From NCBI GenBank assembly GCA_965637545.1, contig OZ281497.1, forward strand, positions 19,406,001-19,470,000: 64,000 nucleotides of DNA, read 5' to 3'. Under the pieces are notes generated by a model. That model searched no databases and was not told the DNA's origin. It was given only the letters and a program-made list of their open reading frames with translations. Position 1 is the first letter of the stretch. The number at the start of each line of letters is the position of its first letter. The DNA is from Phallusia mammillata. Lineage: Eukaryota. The translations under genes were made by a program, and so were the position numbers. Below are positions 52,501 through 62,489 of the stretch, one piece after another.

Positions 52501-54318
52501 TACATGTAAATTGCACAATTTAGTGTATATGAACACACACTTTTGAAACAAATTAAATATGCATGTATTTTTGGTGACATCATAATTTGAATAGTTGCAG
52601 TTCACCTGTCACCCGCTGAGTGTTGTCTCGGTCAGTAGTTTCTTTCCTTGCTCTTAACTTTATGGCCTGGTTTTTCTTAATCACAGTTGCTCGAATTGTC
52701 TCTTCAACAGTAACTTCCTTGCGAGGGATGTAGGTTCCTGAAATATCATTCCAAATGGGTAAAAATATGTGCACACCGCCGGCCCAGTAAAAATAATATT
52801 GTGGACCATTTCTTTATGGAGCAAGATTAAAGTATGCATACGAAACAACCATTTAGGTGTAAAACATAATTCTTTGAAACCGATTTTCAAAAAGTGAGAT
52901 ACAATTATTAACAACCAACATTTTGATACTCTTTCAATGTGTAATATGTAATCATCTCTAGTTTATCAACAAATTAAGTGAATTTTCTGTGGACCACCCA
53001 AAAAGTCATCATGGACCACCAGTTAAGAACCACTGCTGTAGGACAATAAGAAATGCAACCTACCAGGTCCTTCAAACAACCACTCATCGCCAGCCACTCT
53101 TTGTACATCACCAGTGTCAGTAAAATCCAACTCAGCCTTAAGCCTCAGTGCAGTGTTCGCTGGAACCACCCTCAATGGTGTTACAGTCTGTGCAATACAA
53201 CATTTTGACAATTCCGAACAGTTTGCTTAAAATTAATCAAGAATACTAAATCCCTTTCTGTTGCTTACTCACAAAATTTTTTACTATGTGGAACAATCAT
53301 CATGGAAGAATTGATTTCTCATACAATTGTTACAAGAAAAGTCAAATGCACTGCAACATGTTCAAGCTTTCACATGCCTGTGCATGTGTTTTAATTGTAT
53401 ATGGACCTATTTTGTAAATGAAATGGGTATTGAGCTCGCAAATGCTATGCAAAACAAAATCTATCGTCAAATTTAAATTATTTTTTTTGTATTCCAGTCC
53501 TACAGATTCACTGTTCTAGATAATCTTCTTAGCAGAATGTCATAGCAGAAAAGACTCAAGCTTTACAATCCTGCATACCTGTTTTAAATTTTCTCCTGGA
53601 TATAGTGGGAAAGGATCTTGAGCCAGACGTATTTCCCTATCAGCATGGTTCAGCTTAGCTTGACCAGAGGGATCCAGTTGCACCTCACCATCAGCATTTC
53701 TAGCCACAGGATTTTCCACAATACAGTAGGTCCGTGGTGGCACTGTTATCATGCGTTCGGGTCCATATATAACTCTGCATCACACAAAATAAAGTCTGAA
53801 AAGTTATATACATGCAGTGGTGGGATTCAAATTTTTTGTCAGCTGGTTCTATCACAAAAGTTATATTTTTCAGCTGGTTCTGTTGCAAAAAGTTCATTAC
53901 AAGTAACAAGTAATGCTAACCGGTTCGTTGATCTCATAAAATTTCGTGAGACAGTTCTATAGAACCAGTGCGAACCGGCTGAATCACACCACTGTATACA
54001 TATACAAGAGTCTTTGTGCGCAAATAAATTTACCTTTCGTTGTCTTGTCGTATGTAGGTTTTTGGTCCAATTTCAAGCTTTGTAACATTGGTGTTTTGAT
54101 CCAAGACATGAACAAAGAAGTAAGGAGGGATCCTGTAAATAGCTTCATCGCCTCCCTGAGATGATGGCCCTAAAATACAGTTTTCATGAAAATTGCATCT
54201 TGCTGTTTCTTTGAATTTATAATTTATTAATTTGACCTGATTAATAATATAAACATTTTTGCAATTTAATACCAACAAAAACATGTTTCACAATACCTTG
54301 AATCCTTACTTTGCTCAT
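43588..54318 (-). CDS. MVP: Major vault protein, 18 coding exons, ~874 aa
   Basis: Exons in gene order: 54297-54318, 54034-54169, 53579-53774, 53064-53187, 52606-52737, 52405-52499, 52219-52344, 51752-51916, 51577-51674, 51351-51474, 50863-50998, 49272-49371, 48312-48509, 47791-47938, 46912-47123, 45884-46127, 44376-44564, 43588-43767. Motifs: [30 protein letters not shown], vault repeats ([25 protein letters not shown]), shoulder [16 protein letters not shown] and [24 protein letters not shown], and the cap helix [19 protein letters not shown]...STGQAKAEA. Confidence 0.98.
44916..45806 (+). mobile_element. Helentron/HINE (DINE-1-like) non-autonomous element with internal ~177-bp direct duplication, in MVP intron
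   Basis: 5' AACAA followed by subterminal ATGGGTCCCC (44921-44930), complementary to the 3' GGGGACCCAT. 3' hairpin GTCCCCTTC-AG-GAAGGGGAC (45781-45800). Direct repeats at 45267-45443 and 45570-45747. No TSD seen. Confidence 0.65.
46178..46456. repeat. Degenerate ~23-bp minisatellite (AACCATTTTTRAAACGTATRT) with a higher-order ~150-bp duplication
   Basis: About 10 degenerate units are visible directly in the MVP intron. Confidence 0.85.
47494..47752. mobile_element. Degenerate hAT MITE in MVP intron
   Basis: Left CAGCGCTTTTCAACC, right GTTGACAAGCGCGG. TSD GCTTAAAC/TCTTAAAT (6/8). Confidence 0.6.
48631..48935. mobile_element. hAT MITE in MVP intron
   Basis: TIRs CAGTGATTCTCAAC and GTTGAGAACCACTG. 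TSD ATATAGAG/ACATAGGG (6/8). GTGGTCCAC subterminal motifs. Confidence 0.75.
52770..53035. mobile_element. Second, inverted and 5'-eroded copy of the 48631-48935 MITE family
   Basis: GTGGACCACCCAAAAAGTCATCATGGACCACCAGTTAAGAACCACTG resembles the reverse complement of the 48631 left end. The internal AATATTGTGGACCA motif is also shared. Confidence 0.65.
53815..53994. mobile_element. hAT MITE (180 bp) in MVP intron 2
   Basis: TIRs CAGTGGTGGGATTCA and TGAATCACACCACTG. TSD TATACATG/TATACATA (7/8). Repeated (G)AACCGGTTC-like motifs. Confidence 0.85.
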
Positions 54319-54922
54319 GTTTGCTACAAAATTTATTTAATGATAACAGTAAAACGAGGATCCCAACTAAAGTTGGTTAAACGTCTGCAAAGAACTAACG
54401 CCGTTTAACGAAGTGCAATAATGCTCTTACCACTCGTAATCGCAATTTAAAGGGACCATATAAAATTACGACCGGTCGGTCACGATTAATCTATGCCCAA
54501 AATAGAACGGTTAGTTTAAAAGTCTGCCCATGTTCTGACTCCTATAGGAAATAGCAGGTGTAGGCCGTATCGGTCTACCACTCGGTTCGCAGTCTCGCAC
54601 AAACAAACAAAAGCAAAAACTACTCTTGGTCGACTACCTCACGCTCACAGGCAAAAACCTGGAGGTACGCTGGCTACATTACTTGGTATGTCATGGCATT
54701 TCATCAGCTTTCAAGCTCTTATCTTTCGTTCTTTACTGTTCGTTTGTTTTCGACAAACGTTTGTTTCGACTTTTTACATCACATGATAAATTGTTGTGTC
54801 CATTGTTTGATAATTCCGTTTTTTAAAACTTCTTGCATGTAACAGACGCATAAACATCGATAAATAAAATTCGTAATAGTAAATGATTAAAGTGTTCATA
54901 TTTTGTGACTTTAGGTTTAGGA

Positions 54923-55870
54923 CAGTGGTTCTTAACCGGTGGGAAATTTCCCACTAGTGGGAAATTCAGCGGTCACGTCTAAAACTGCGGGCCCACTTGG
55001 ATCACTTGGCCCAGCACTTCATGCAATTGAAAAACTGCGGGCCCACTATATCCAGTGCTTGTCGCGTCTCTCTTAAGTACAAAAACTGCGGGCCCGCTAT
55101 ATCCAGTGCTTGTCGCGTCTCTTGCAAGTATAAAAACTGCGGGCCCGCTATATCCAGTGCTTGTCGCGTCTCTTGCAAGTATAAAAACTGCGGGCCCGCT
55201 ATATCCAGTGCTTGTCGCGTCTCTTGCAAGGAAAAACTGCGGGCCCACAATATCCATTGCTTGGCCCGTCTCTCGCAGGACAAAACGGGCCAAGTGCTGG
55301 GCCAAGCGGGCCAAGTGGGCCAAGCGGGCCAAGTGGGCCAAGCGGGCCCGCAGTTTTAGACGTGACCCGGAAATTCAGTGCATGTAGAGGGAAATTGTGC
55401 AAGTCAGGGCTCACCAAACTCATGGCCTGCAAATCAGATCAGGCCTTGAGTTCACCGTTAAAGTTAAATTACTGCAAAAGTATTCCTTCCCGCAACAACA
55501 TCTAAGCTTAATTTCACCCAGTTTCACAATTCGCATAAAAATCCGAAGGCCCTTTATTACACCACAAGATTAACAATATCAATGCCTTTGTCATTGTGTG
55601 CAAATAAATGCCTTTCTTGTGTTAATTGTGATGCAATAAATCAGTATTGCAAGCAAAGAAGACTCTTGGATATTCCACACAATTTTACTCTGAAAGCACT
55701 TTTTAAACCTATTAAGATTACGCGCGTCACAAAACTATTTTAATCGAAGAATACATTGTTTTATTAATGAAGGGCACAAATCATTAATATAAAAATAACA
55801 AAGAGGGGAAAATTCGAACTTGTTGATTGACTTTAGTGGGAAATTTCACCAAAAAGGTTAAGAACCACTG
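54923..55870. mobile_element. Composite hAT (Buster-like) MITE occupying the MVP-EED divergent intergenic region
   Basis: TIRs CAGTGGTTCTTAACC and GGTTAAGAACCACTG. Perfect TSD GTTTAGGA (54915-54922 and 55871-55878). Contains a nested element. Confidence 0.93.
54970..55368. mobile_element. Nested foldback/MULE-like element with 10-bp TSD and internal 51-bp and 9-bp tandem repeats
   Basis: TIR GGTCACGTCTAAAACTGCGGGCCC and GGGCCCGCAGTTTTAGACGTGACC. Flanking duplication GGAAATTCAG (54960-54969 and 55369-55378). 51-bp units start at 55030, 55081, 55132, 55183 and (partial) 55232. GGGCCAAGY 9-mers at ~55288-55345. Confidence 0.88.
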
Positions 55871-55937
55871 GTTTAGGAAGTAAAATTTAACCCAACACCT
55901 TCGCGACACGCGTCAAACTGTAAAATGTCTCTTCATA

Positions 55938-55948
55938 TTCCCGCCAAA
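55938..55948 (+). promoter_or_regulatory. E2F consensus site upstream of EED
   Basis: TTCCCGCCAAA ~60 bp beyond the MITE TSD, in a CpG-containing patch. Confidence 0.5.
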
Positions 55949-56985
55949 GCATTGCGAGCAATCAAGTGCTGTAGCAAATTGTAAAACAGGTTGTGCTTGT
56001 TGCGTTGTTGGTTTGTTTTGCGAAATGTAAGGTTATTGTTTTTTTGTACGAAACAGGGTTTGAACGAAGTTTGTTCTTTGCAGACATGCAACCAACTTTA
56101 GTTGGGCTTCTTTTTTGCTGTTATTATCAAAAACGTTTGCATTAAACATGCTCATTTAATATTGCCACAGTTTTAACTTTTTACAATCAACAAATTGAAA
56201 CATTATCCGTTTATTTCTGATCTTGGTCAAATAGAAATATTCGTTTTTGACACATATTTTTGCGGCAGCCCTGTTTTTGAAGCTGTTTTTAAGTGTCTTT
56301 TATCTTTTTGTCCTCCTGTGATTTTTCTCATTACTTGTATCCAATATATTGGATGTCGTCAAGATTAAGCATATCTTATTTTAGAAGCCTATGCATTAAC
56401 CAGCGTTTAACTACAGCATTTTCTGTTGGTGATATTAATTTATCAGGACTATCGAAACAAACTTATTATTTACAGCAAAATGACAATCAACTAATATTCA
56501 CACCATGATAATTAAATCTCTATTTTAAAGTATAATAAAAAAATGCTAGGATACCACAATCCACATTATTAATAATATAATCAGCAAGGTAAACACAAAC
56601 CACAAAAATATTGTTTTTGAAATTTGCAATTCTTTTTGTGGCTAATCATTAAACAATGTCAGAACTCTTGTCATATTAAAAAAATTGATATATTATCACC
56701 ACAAATAAAATCCAGGAAATAGAGAAACCCTAACTACTAAGGCACTTGTCAGTGAACTCACTATATCAATGAGTCATACAAACTGCCTGAGGCTGGACAC
56801 CAGTACAGTCTTAGTTAAACAGAATCAGGGTGTATGACATTATCAAGCTGGACATAGAGCAAGTTTAAAAAAACGTATTTCCAGTCAGACTCTGAACTGT
56901 TAGGTATATGTATTGTTATTAAGTGCATCAAACGCTTGATGATACTGTTTTCCTGAAACTAACAGAACTATACACATAACTTACC

Positions 56986-58886
56986 ATGGAAGACCCTGAG
57001 TTGGCAGCTGTAGATGGAGAGGCAGAAGAGACGATTGGTGAAAAGTCTGATGTAGACACTTATATGGATGTTGAAGATACTGTTGATGAAAGAACCACAA
57101 CCTCGGACAATCCTCAAACAAAATCACGAAAGGGAAAGTTTAAAGGAAAAGTTTCAAAAAAGCTACCAGTGAAAGGATTGTTTAGGTGCACCAATTCACT
57201 CAAGGTATGAAAATTGTTGTTGAAAAATTTGAAAGATTTTGATTTATTGTTAATGTGCTGCATAGGAGGACCATGGTCAACCATTGTTTGGTGTGTCATT
57301 TTGCCCACACAAGTTGAAGAGCAACTGGCCTTTGTTTGCAACAGTTGGAAGTAATCGCATAACAATCTATGAGTGCAGAGAAAATGGGTACATCAAACTT
57401 CTTCAAGCCTATACTGATCCAGATGTATGTTAAAGTCACAATGTTATTTTGTTTTCTAAATTTTTAATTGCGTACAACTATAGTGTGAAGAAAATTTTTA
57501 TTCCTGTGCCTGGACCATTGACACAACTAACTGCCATCCACTTCTTGCCATTGCTGGCTCAAGAGGAATCATCAGAGTAATAAATATTTACACAAAACAA
57601 TGTGTGAAGGTAAGCTATGTAGCTGGTGACTGCTTCTTGTAGGTTTATAAATAATAAGTTATTATCTTTTCAACATTCCAGCACTACATAGGTCATGGCA
57701 ATGCGGTCAATGAACTAAAATTTCATCCCAAAATGCCACACATTCTTATCAGTGCTTCAAAGGATCATTCCCTTCGTGTGTGGAACATTAAAACAGATGT
57801 GCTTGTGTGTATTTTTGGTGGAGTAGAAGGGCATAGGGATGAGGTGTTAAGTTGTGTAAGTACAACAGTTGTAACTACTTACTGCATCTTGGAGCACAAG
57901 ACATACTTAGCAATGCTGTCTAATGTGATTAGGATTTTGACATATTTGGAACCAAGATTGTATCCTGTGGAATGGATCATTCATTAAAAATTTGGAGATT
58001 TGATTCAGATGAATTAAACATTGCATTAAAAGCGTCGGAACTGTACCAACCAAACGATTCAAATGAGTACAAAACCAGATTTTTTTCTTGATTCCAATCT
58101 TTGTGACTAAATTTCCTGACATTTTGCTTTGCACAGGCCTTTTCCAACATTACATTTTCATTATCCCAACTTCTCCACCAGAGACATACACAAAAACTAT
58201 GTTGATTGTGCAAGGTGGTTTGGTGACTTTATTTTGTCAAAGGTACTAGTTCTGTGTAGTTTCACTGTTCTTGAAATCAGATTTCGATTCCTCCTTATGT
58301 TCATGTTCTGTTTAGTCATGTGAAAACTGCATTATTTGCTGGAAACCAGGTTCAGTTGACTGTGATGTTGACGAACTAAAACCAAAGGAAGGAAATGTTA
58401 CAGTGCTTAGCCGTCTCGACTTTCAGCACTGTGATATCTGGTACATGAGATTTGCTATTGACTATTGGCACAAGGTATGGCTTTCATTACGACATAGGAA
58501 AACAGTCGAGTTATCATGTGCAATATCTTATTTGTGCTTTTGAAATAATATATGTATTGTGTTTTTCCAAAGTTTCTGGCAGTGGGCAACCAATATGGCA
58601 AAACATTTGTTTGGGAACTGGATCAATTGGACCCTGTGAAGTCAAAGTAAGAATAATATGAGTGAACTTAACCCTAGTTACCAAATAAAACAGCATTCTG
58701 AGTTTATGATGTGTGGCATAAAGGAACGTATACGCACACAAATGTGTATTTTCCAGGTGTTTTACGCTCACCAACATACGTTGCACAACCACTATAAGGC
58801 AAACGGCTTTCTCAAAAGACGGCGACATTCTTATTTGTGTTTGCGACGATTCCACAATTTGGCGATGGGATCGTCAGACAAAATGA
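56986..58886 (+). CDS. EED: Polycomb protein EED (esc), WD40 subunit of PRC2, 9 exons, ~426 aa
   Basis: Exons: 56986-57204, 57266-57424, 57484-57609, 57682-57855, 57933-58066, 58137-58242, 58316-58474, 58573-58646, 58757-58886. Motifs: [116 protein letters not shown]. Confidence 0.97.
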
Positions 58887-59422
58887 TACGCACCAGCTAT
58901 GTTAAAGTTCGTAGGAAGGTAAATGTAATTTGTGGGTTTCTGTTACCCACTTATTGCAATGGAAAACACAAGTGGTAAAATGCTGACACCCCGCCTCTAT
59001 TGATGTTTTGCCAAGGCGCAACAAACTGTTTCTTTCTTTGTCAGACATTGGATGCAGTCCCCATTTATCAACTTTTCGTATGTTGTATTTCCACATTCAA
59101 GCACAACGTTTGTCATTATAAAGGATAAGAGTTAGGAGATTGAAGTGCGCGGGATAACGGGTTTGCACAAATGCTGCTCGGCATGGGATTAAACAAACCA
59201 AAAATCGACTTGTTAGACGTCAACAAATCGTGTGTTACCGTTTTGTTGTGACATACAATTATCCACAACCAATGAAATTGGAAAAATTATGACATAAATG
59301 TGCTACGTATTAGGTTGTTAGTATTAATTTGTCAGTTAGGTATATGGCCTAAACGAGTTTTGTTTTGCCAAATCGCAACAAAATATTCGGCCGAATACGA
59401 AACTTCGCTAATTAGGTTAACC

Positions 59423-60628
59423 CAGTGGTTCTTAACCTTTTTGGTGTAGTTTCCCACTTATGTCAATCACCAAGTTGGAATTTCCCACCTCTGGTAATTT
59501 CATAATGTTTTGTGCCACAACAATATTAGCCGTAGCCTACGCACTATGTTGTAGCCTATAAACTTTGCAAAACGGACATAACAATCAAAACAACTTCAAG
59601 TTTATTACCTGTTACTTCAAACAAAATAAGCAAAGTGGTAATTTTATAATCAATGTGATTTTTGCGATTGATTTTTTATCGCTGGCATCTCGATGCGAGG
59701 ATTGATATTAGAAAGCGAGCATCGTAAATCATCCTCCCTTTGCAGCTTATTGTGACGTTGTGTAAAGGCTGGTTGAGTTGAAATGGTTTCAAGCAGCTGT
59801 TAGCCAGCGTTTATTGCAGGTAGGCAGGAACTTGGCCGAAAGACCTGGCGCGCCTGACCCATATATAGACATAAAAAACCTGATCGGGATTCGTCCCCGG
59901 GAGTGTCCTGGGTTCGAACCCCGTGAAAAAAAGTATATTGCAGGTAACTCGTTTTAATGCGACAAAGCTCGTAAATAGTGCAGGTAACCTTTTCTGAAGC
60001 GAGGAAACTCGTAGTGCGACGTAAGTTAAAAAAGCTGTAGGTACTGCAGTAAAGGTTGGGATTGGTTTAGGCCTAGGGTAAGGCTTCAGGGTCTTAAGTT
60101 CAGGGATTTAGGTTTTCGGTGTCTGTTGGGACTATCGTAACACTTTTCCACCAGCATTTTAAGCTTGTTTTAAAGTGAACTGCAGTATACGAATCGTCGC
60201 ATACAAACAGAACATCTGCAGTATTTTCGAGTTACGTCGCGCCTATTATGAGTTTAATCACACCAAAGAGAGTTACCTGCAGTAGTCTTAAGTTACGTTA
60301 CACGAAAAAAGGTTACCAAGCGCACATGTAGTTTTCGAAGGCACCCCTTCTTCCTTTAGCAACGGTGTGTATCAAAATAATAATGGTACTTTGTTCGATG
60401 AAAACACTTAGTGACTGAATAGTCAGATTTACAACATGTATGAATTGTAACTACAGGCATACTGTATAAACCTAATAATGCTCTTCTGGCAAATGTATTG
60501 TTTGTACCAACGTCTCTTATGACGAATTTAGGAATTCGAGAAAAATCAACGACATCAATTTACGTAACATTGAACTGTGCAATTTCCCACTGACATGTAC
60601 CATATTTCCCACCGGTTAAGAACCACTG
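59423..60628. mobile_element. hAT (Buster-like) MITE, same family as 54923-55870 in inverted orientation, with nested insertions
   Basis: TIRs CAGTGGTTCTTAACC and GGTTAAGAACCACTG. Perfect palindromic TSD GGTTAACC (59415-59422 and 60629-60636). The right end TTCCCACCGGTTAAGAACCACTG is the reverse complement of the 54923 left end. Confidence 0.92.
59810..60325. mobile_element. Modular foldback-like insertion with a degenerate telomere-like core, nested in the 59423 MITE
   Basis: TGCAGGTAACTC/GCGACGTAA modules on the left are mirrored by GAGTTACCTGCA/GAGTTACGTCGC on the right. The core (~60052-60117) is GGTTGGGATTGGTTTAGGCCTAGGGTAAGG...GGGATTTAGG. Boundaries are approximate. Confidence 0.55.
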
Positions 60629-61009
60629 GGTTAACCGAAGGTTTGGTATGTCACTACTTTTCACTGCGCGCTGTGAATCGAGTTGTCATTATTGTAAAAA
60701 AAGCTCTTGAGCTGAGAACAACAGTGGATAAGGAACAATTGTTTTATCACATCAACCAAATATTTCGGGATAAAGATCAAGCGAATTCAAGTAAAAGTTA
60801 ACAAACATTTTTCAATGCACCAATCAAAATAATGAATGAAAATGCTGAGCAATGTACTTTGTAAAGAGTCAGCTTCTGATAACTACTTATAAGGTGTGTT
60901 AATATAAATACGTTTATTGTCGAAATAAAGAAAAATCAAATCTATTTTTGCTCTTACTCCGTGTCACTTATTTCTAACTCCTATGATCCGAAATCATGGT
61001 GCCATAGAG

Positions 61010-61221
61010 CAGGGGTCGGCAACCTTTTTTTTACTGCGGACCATTTTTCAAACTGAAATTTTATCGCGGACCGGCCTGCAAAAAAACTACAAATGTTTAG
61101 TAATGAAAACACATCAATTAGTTTATCATCCCCGGCATACATGGGCAAAAGCATTTAACCTGAAAATTATACGGCCCTGTAACGATCGAACTCCTCGCGG
61201 ACCGGCGGTTGCCGACCACTG
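61010..61221. mobile_element. hAT (Buster/Charlie-like) MITE (212 bp)
   Basis: TIRs CAGGGGTCGGCAACC and GGTTGCCGACCACTG, with GCGGACC(G) subterminal motifs. TSD CCATAGAG/CCATAAGA(G) (one-base indel). Confidence 0.85.
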
Positions 61222-61289
61222 CCATAAGAGTACTAATATTAGTGCCATTGGTGCTCAATTCTATCATTGAATAATATTTTCAAGAAACA

Positions 61290-61590
61290 CAATGAAATTG
61301 TTGCTGTGCAATTACAACGATAAAATGCCTGCGATTAAATTACCATGGGATAAAAACGCTGAGAAGTAATGAGCACGATAAAAATCCGCGAAAAAATGCG
61401 GCATGCTCAGTTCTACATCTGAACACAAATCCAAGTATACGATGAAATTACCATGATTGCGATGTTCTTACGGCGGCGAAATTGCAATGATGTTTTACCA
61501 TACGATAATATTGCCAAGCGATGAAACTATTAAGATGAAATTGCTGCAATGAATTTACCATGCAATAAAATTACCACACGATGGAATTAC
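61290..61590. repeat. Degenerate ~15-bp tandem repeat (CGATGAAATTACCAY)
   Basis: Repeated GATGAAATT/GATAAAAT...ACCA units are visible. Confidence 0.6.
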
Positions 61591-62171
61591 AAGCATTACA
61601 ACACTGTATTAACCGGCATACAGACTACAAGTGAGCAGAAATTAAAGCATTTGTAACCGAAAGAGAATGAAAAACTTTATCAGTAAGCTCTTGAAACAGT
61701 ACGTTGGTCCCGAATTGCACTTCAAGAGCTGATGAGAAAAATAGAGAGCAAATTGTTTGGACGAAAATTGGAATAAGGTTCAGTAACATTTTGATCCGGG
61801 GACCGAGTTCGTTTTTTTATTGTTAATAGGCCTGTCTACATATAAGCTTATACCTACACATAGGGTTAGAACTCAGGAAAACGCCGATCCCGAAATCACG
61901 TAATTTAAGTTTTTTTGTTAAATTTGATCCCTGGGTTGGGGCATTAAAAGCAAGTATTTGGCATGTTGTGAGGTTTTCTATTATTGTTGCAAGTTACTGG
62001 AAACTCGAGGGCTTGTCAAAACTTGCCCATAAACCGCAACTTCTAATTTAGTAAATCAAAAAGGGTTGTTTTTTGAATTAATTGCAAAGACGCGAGCATG
62101 TGTGGGGGGCGGCCGTTAGTTTGTTGACATCATGGCCCGTTGCGACTATGGACTGAAGGCCACTGTGTTCC

Positions 62172-62310
62172 CAGTCTGACTCCAGTGCGTAGAGTGGAGT
62201 CGAGTTCACTCCAGTGCGAAGAGTGTCAAGTGTAGACTCCAAAGCACGGAGTGTCTAGAGTCCAGACTCAGGAGTGTAGCCTAGACTCTAGGCTAGGCCC
62301 TATAGAGTGT
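62172..62310. repeat. Short degenerate repeat/palindrome cluster (ACTCCAG / GAGT / AGACTC)
   Basis: ACTCCAGTGCG occurs twice, with multiple AGACTC/GAGTGT motifs and the local palindrome AGCCTAG-ACT-CTAGGCT. Confidence 0.45.
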
Positions 62311-62489
62311 TTTATTAAACGAAACGCAAATTCTTATGTAGCGCAAAATACGTGGTACAAAATTCAGCAGGGAACACTAAAGAAATTTAGGACACATAAA
62401 TATGCGCTGTACGTTTAAATGACTTTGGGTAATTTCAGAAGTTTATGATTTTAAATCTATATGCTTTTGCATGTCAACCACTACACATG

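Noticed and set aside
55030-55270. CRISPR-like array
   Set aside because: The units are head-to-tail 51-bp repeats with no unique spacers, the DNA is eukaryotic, and there are no cas genes.
55199-55505. Collagen-like ORFs (GPLGPLGP..., GPSGPSGP...) and 17-aa repeat ORFs at 54979-55387
   Set aside because: These are translation artefacts of the 9-bp and 51-bp tandem repeats in the nested transposon. All six frames give repetitive peptides, with no splice or signal-peptide context.
58902-59096. Minus-strand 64-aa ORF as the last exon of a gene convergent with EED
   Set aside because: No convincing acceptor, no upstream exons and no recognisable family. It probably overlaps the EED 3'UTR.
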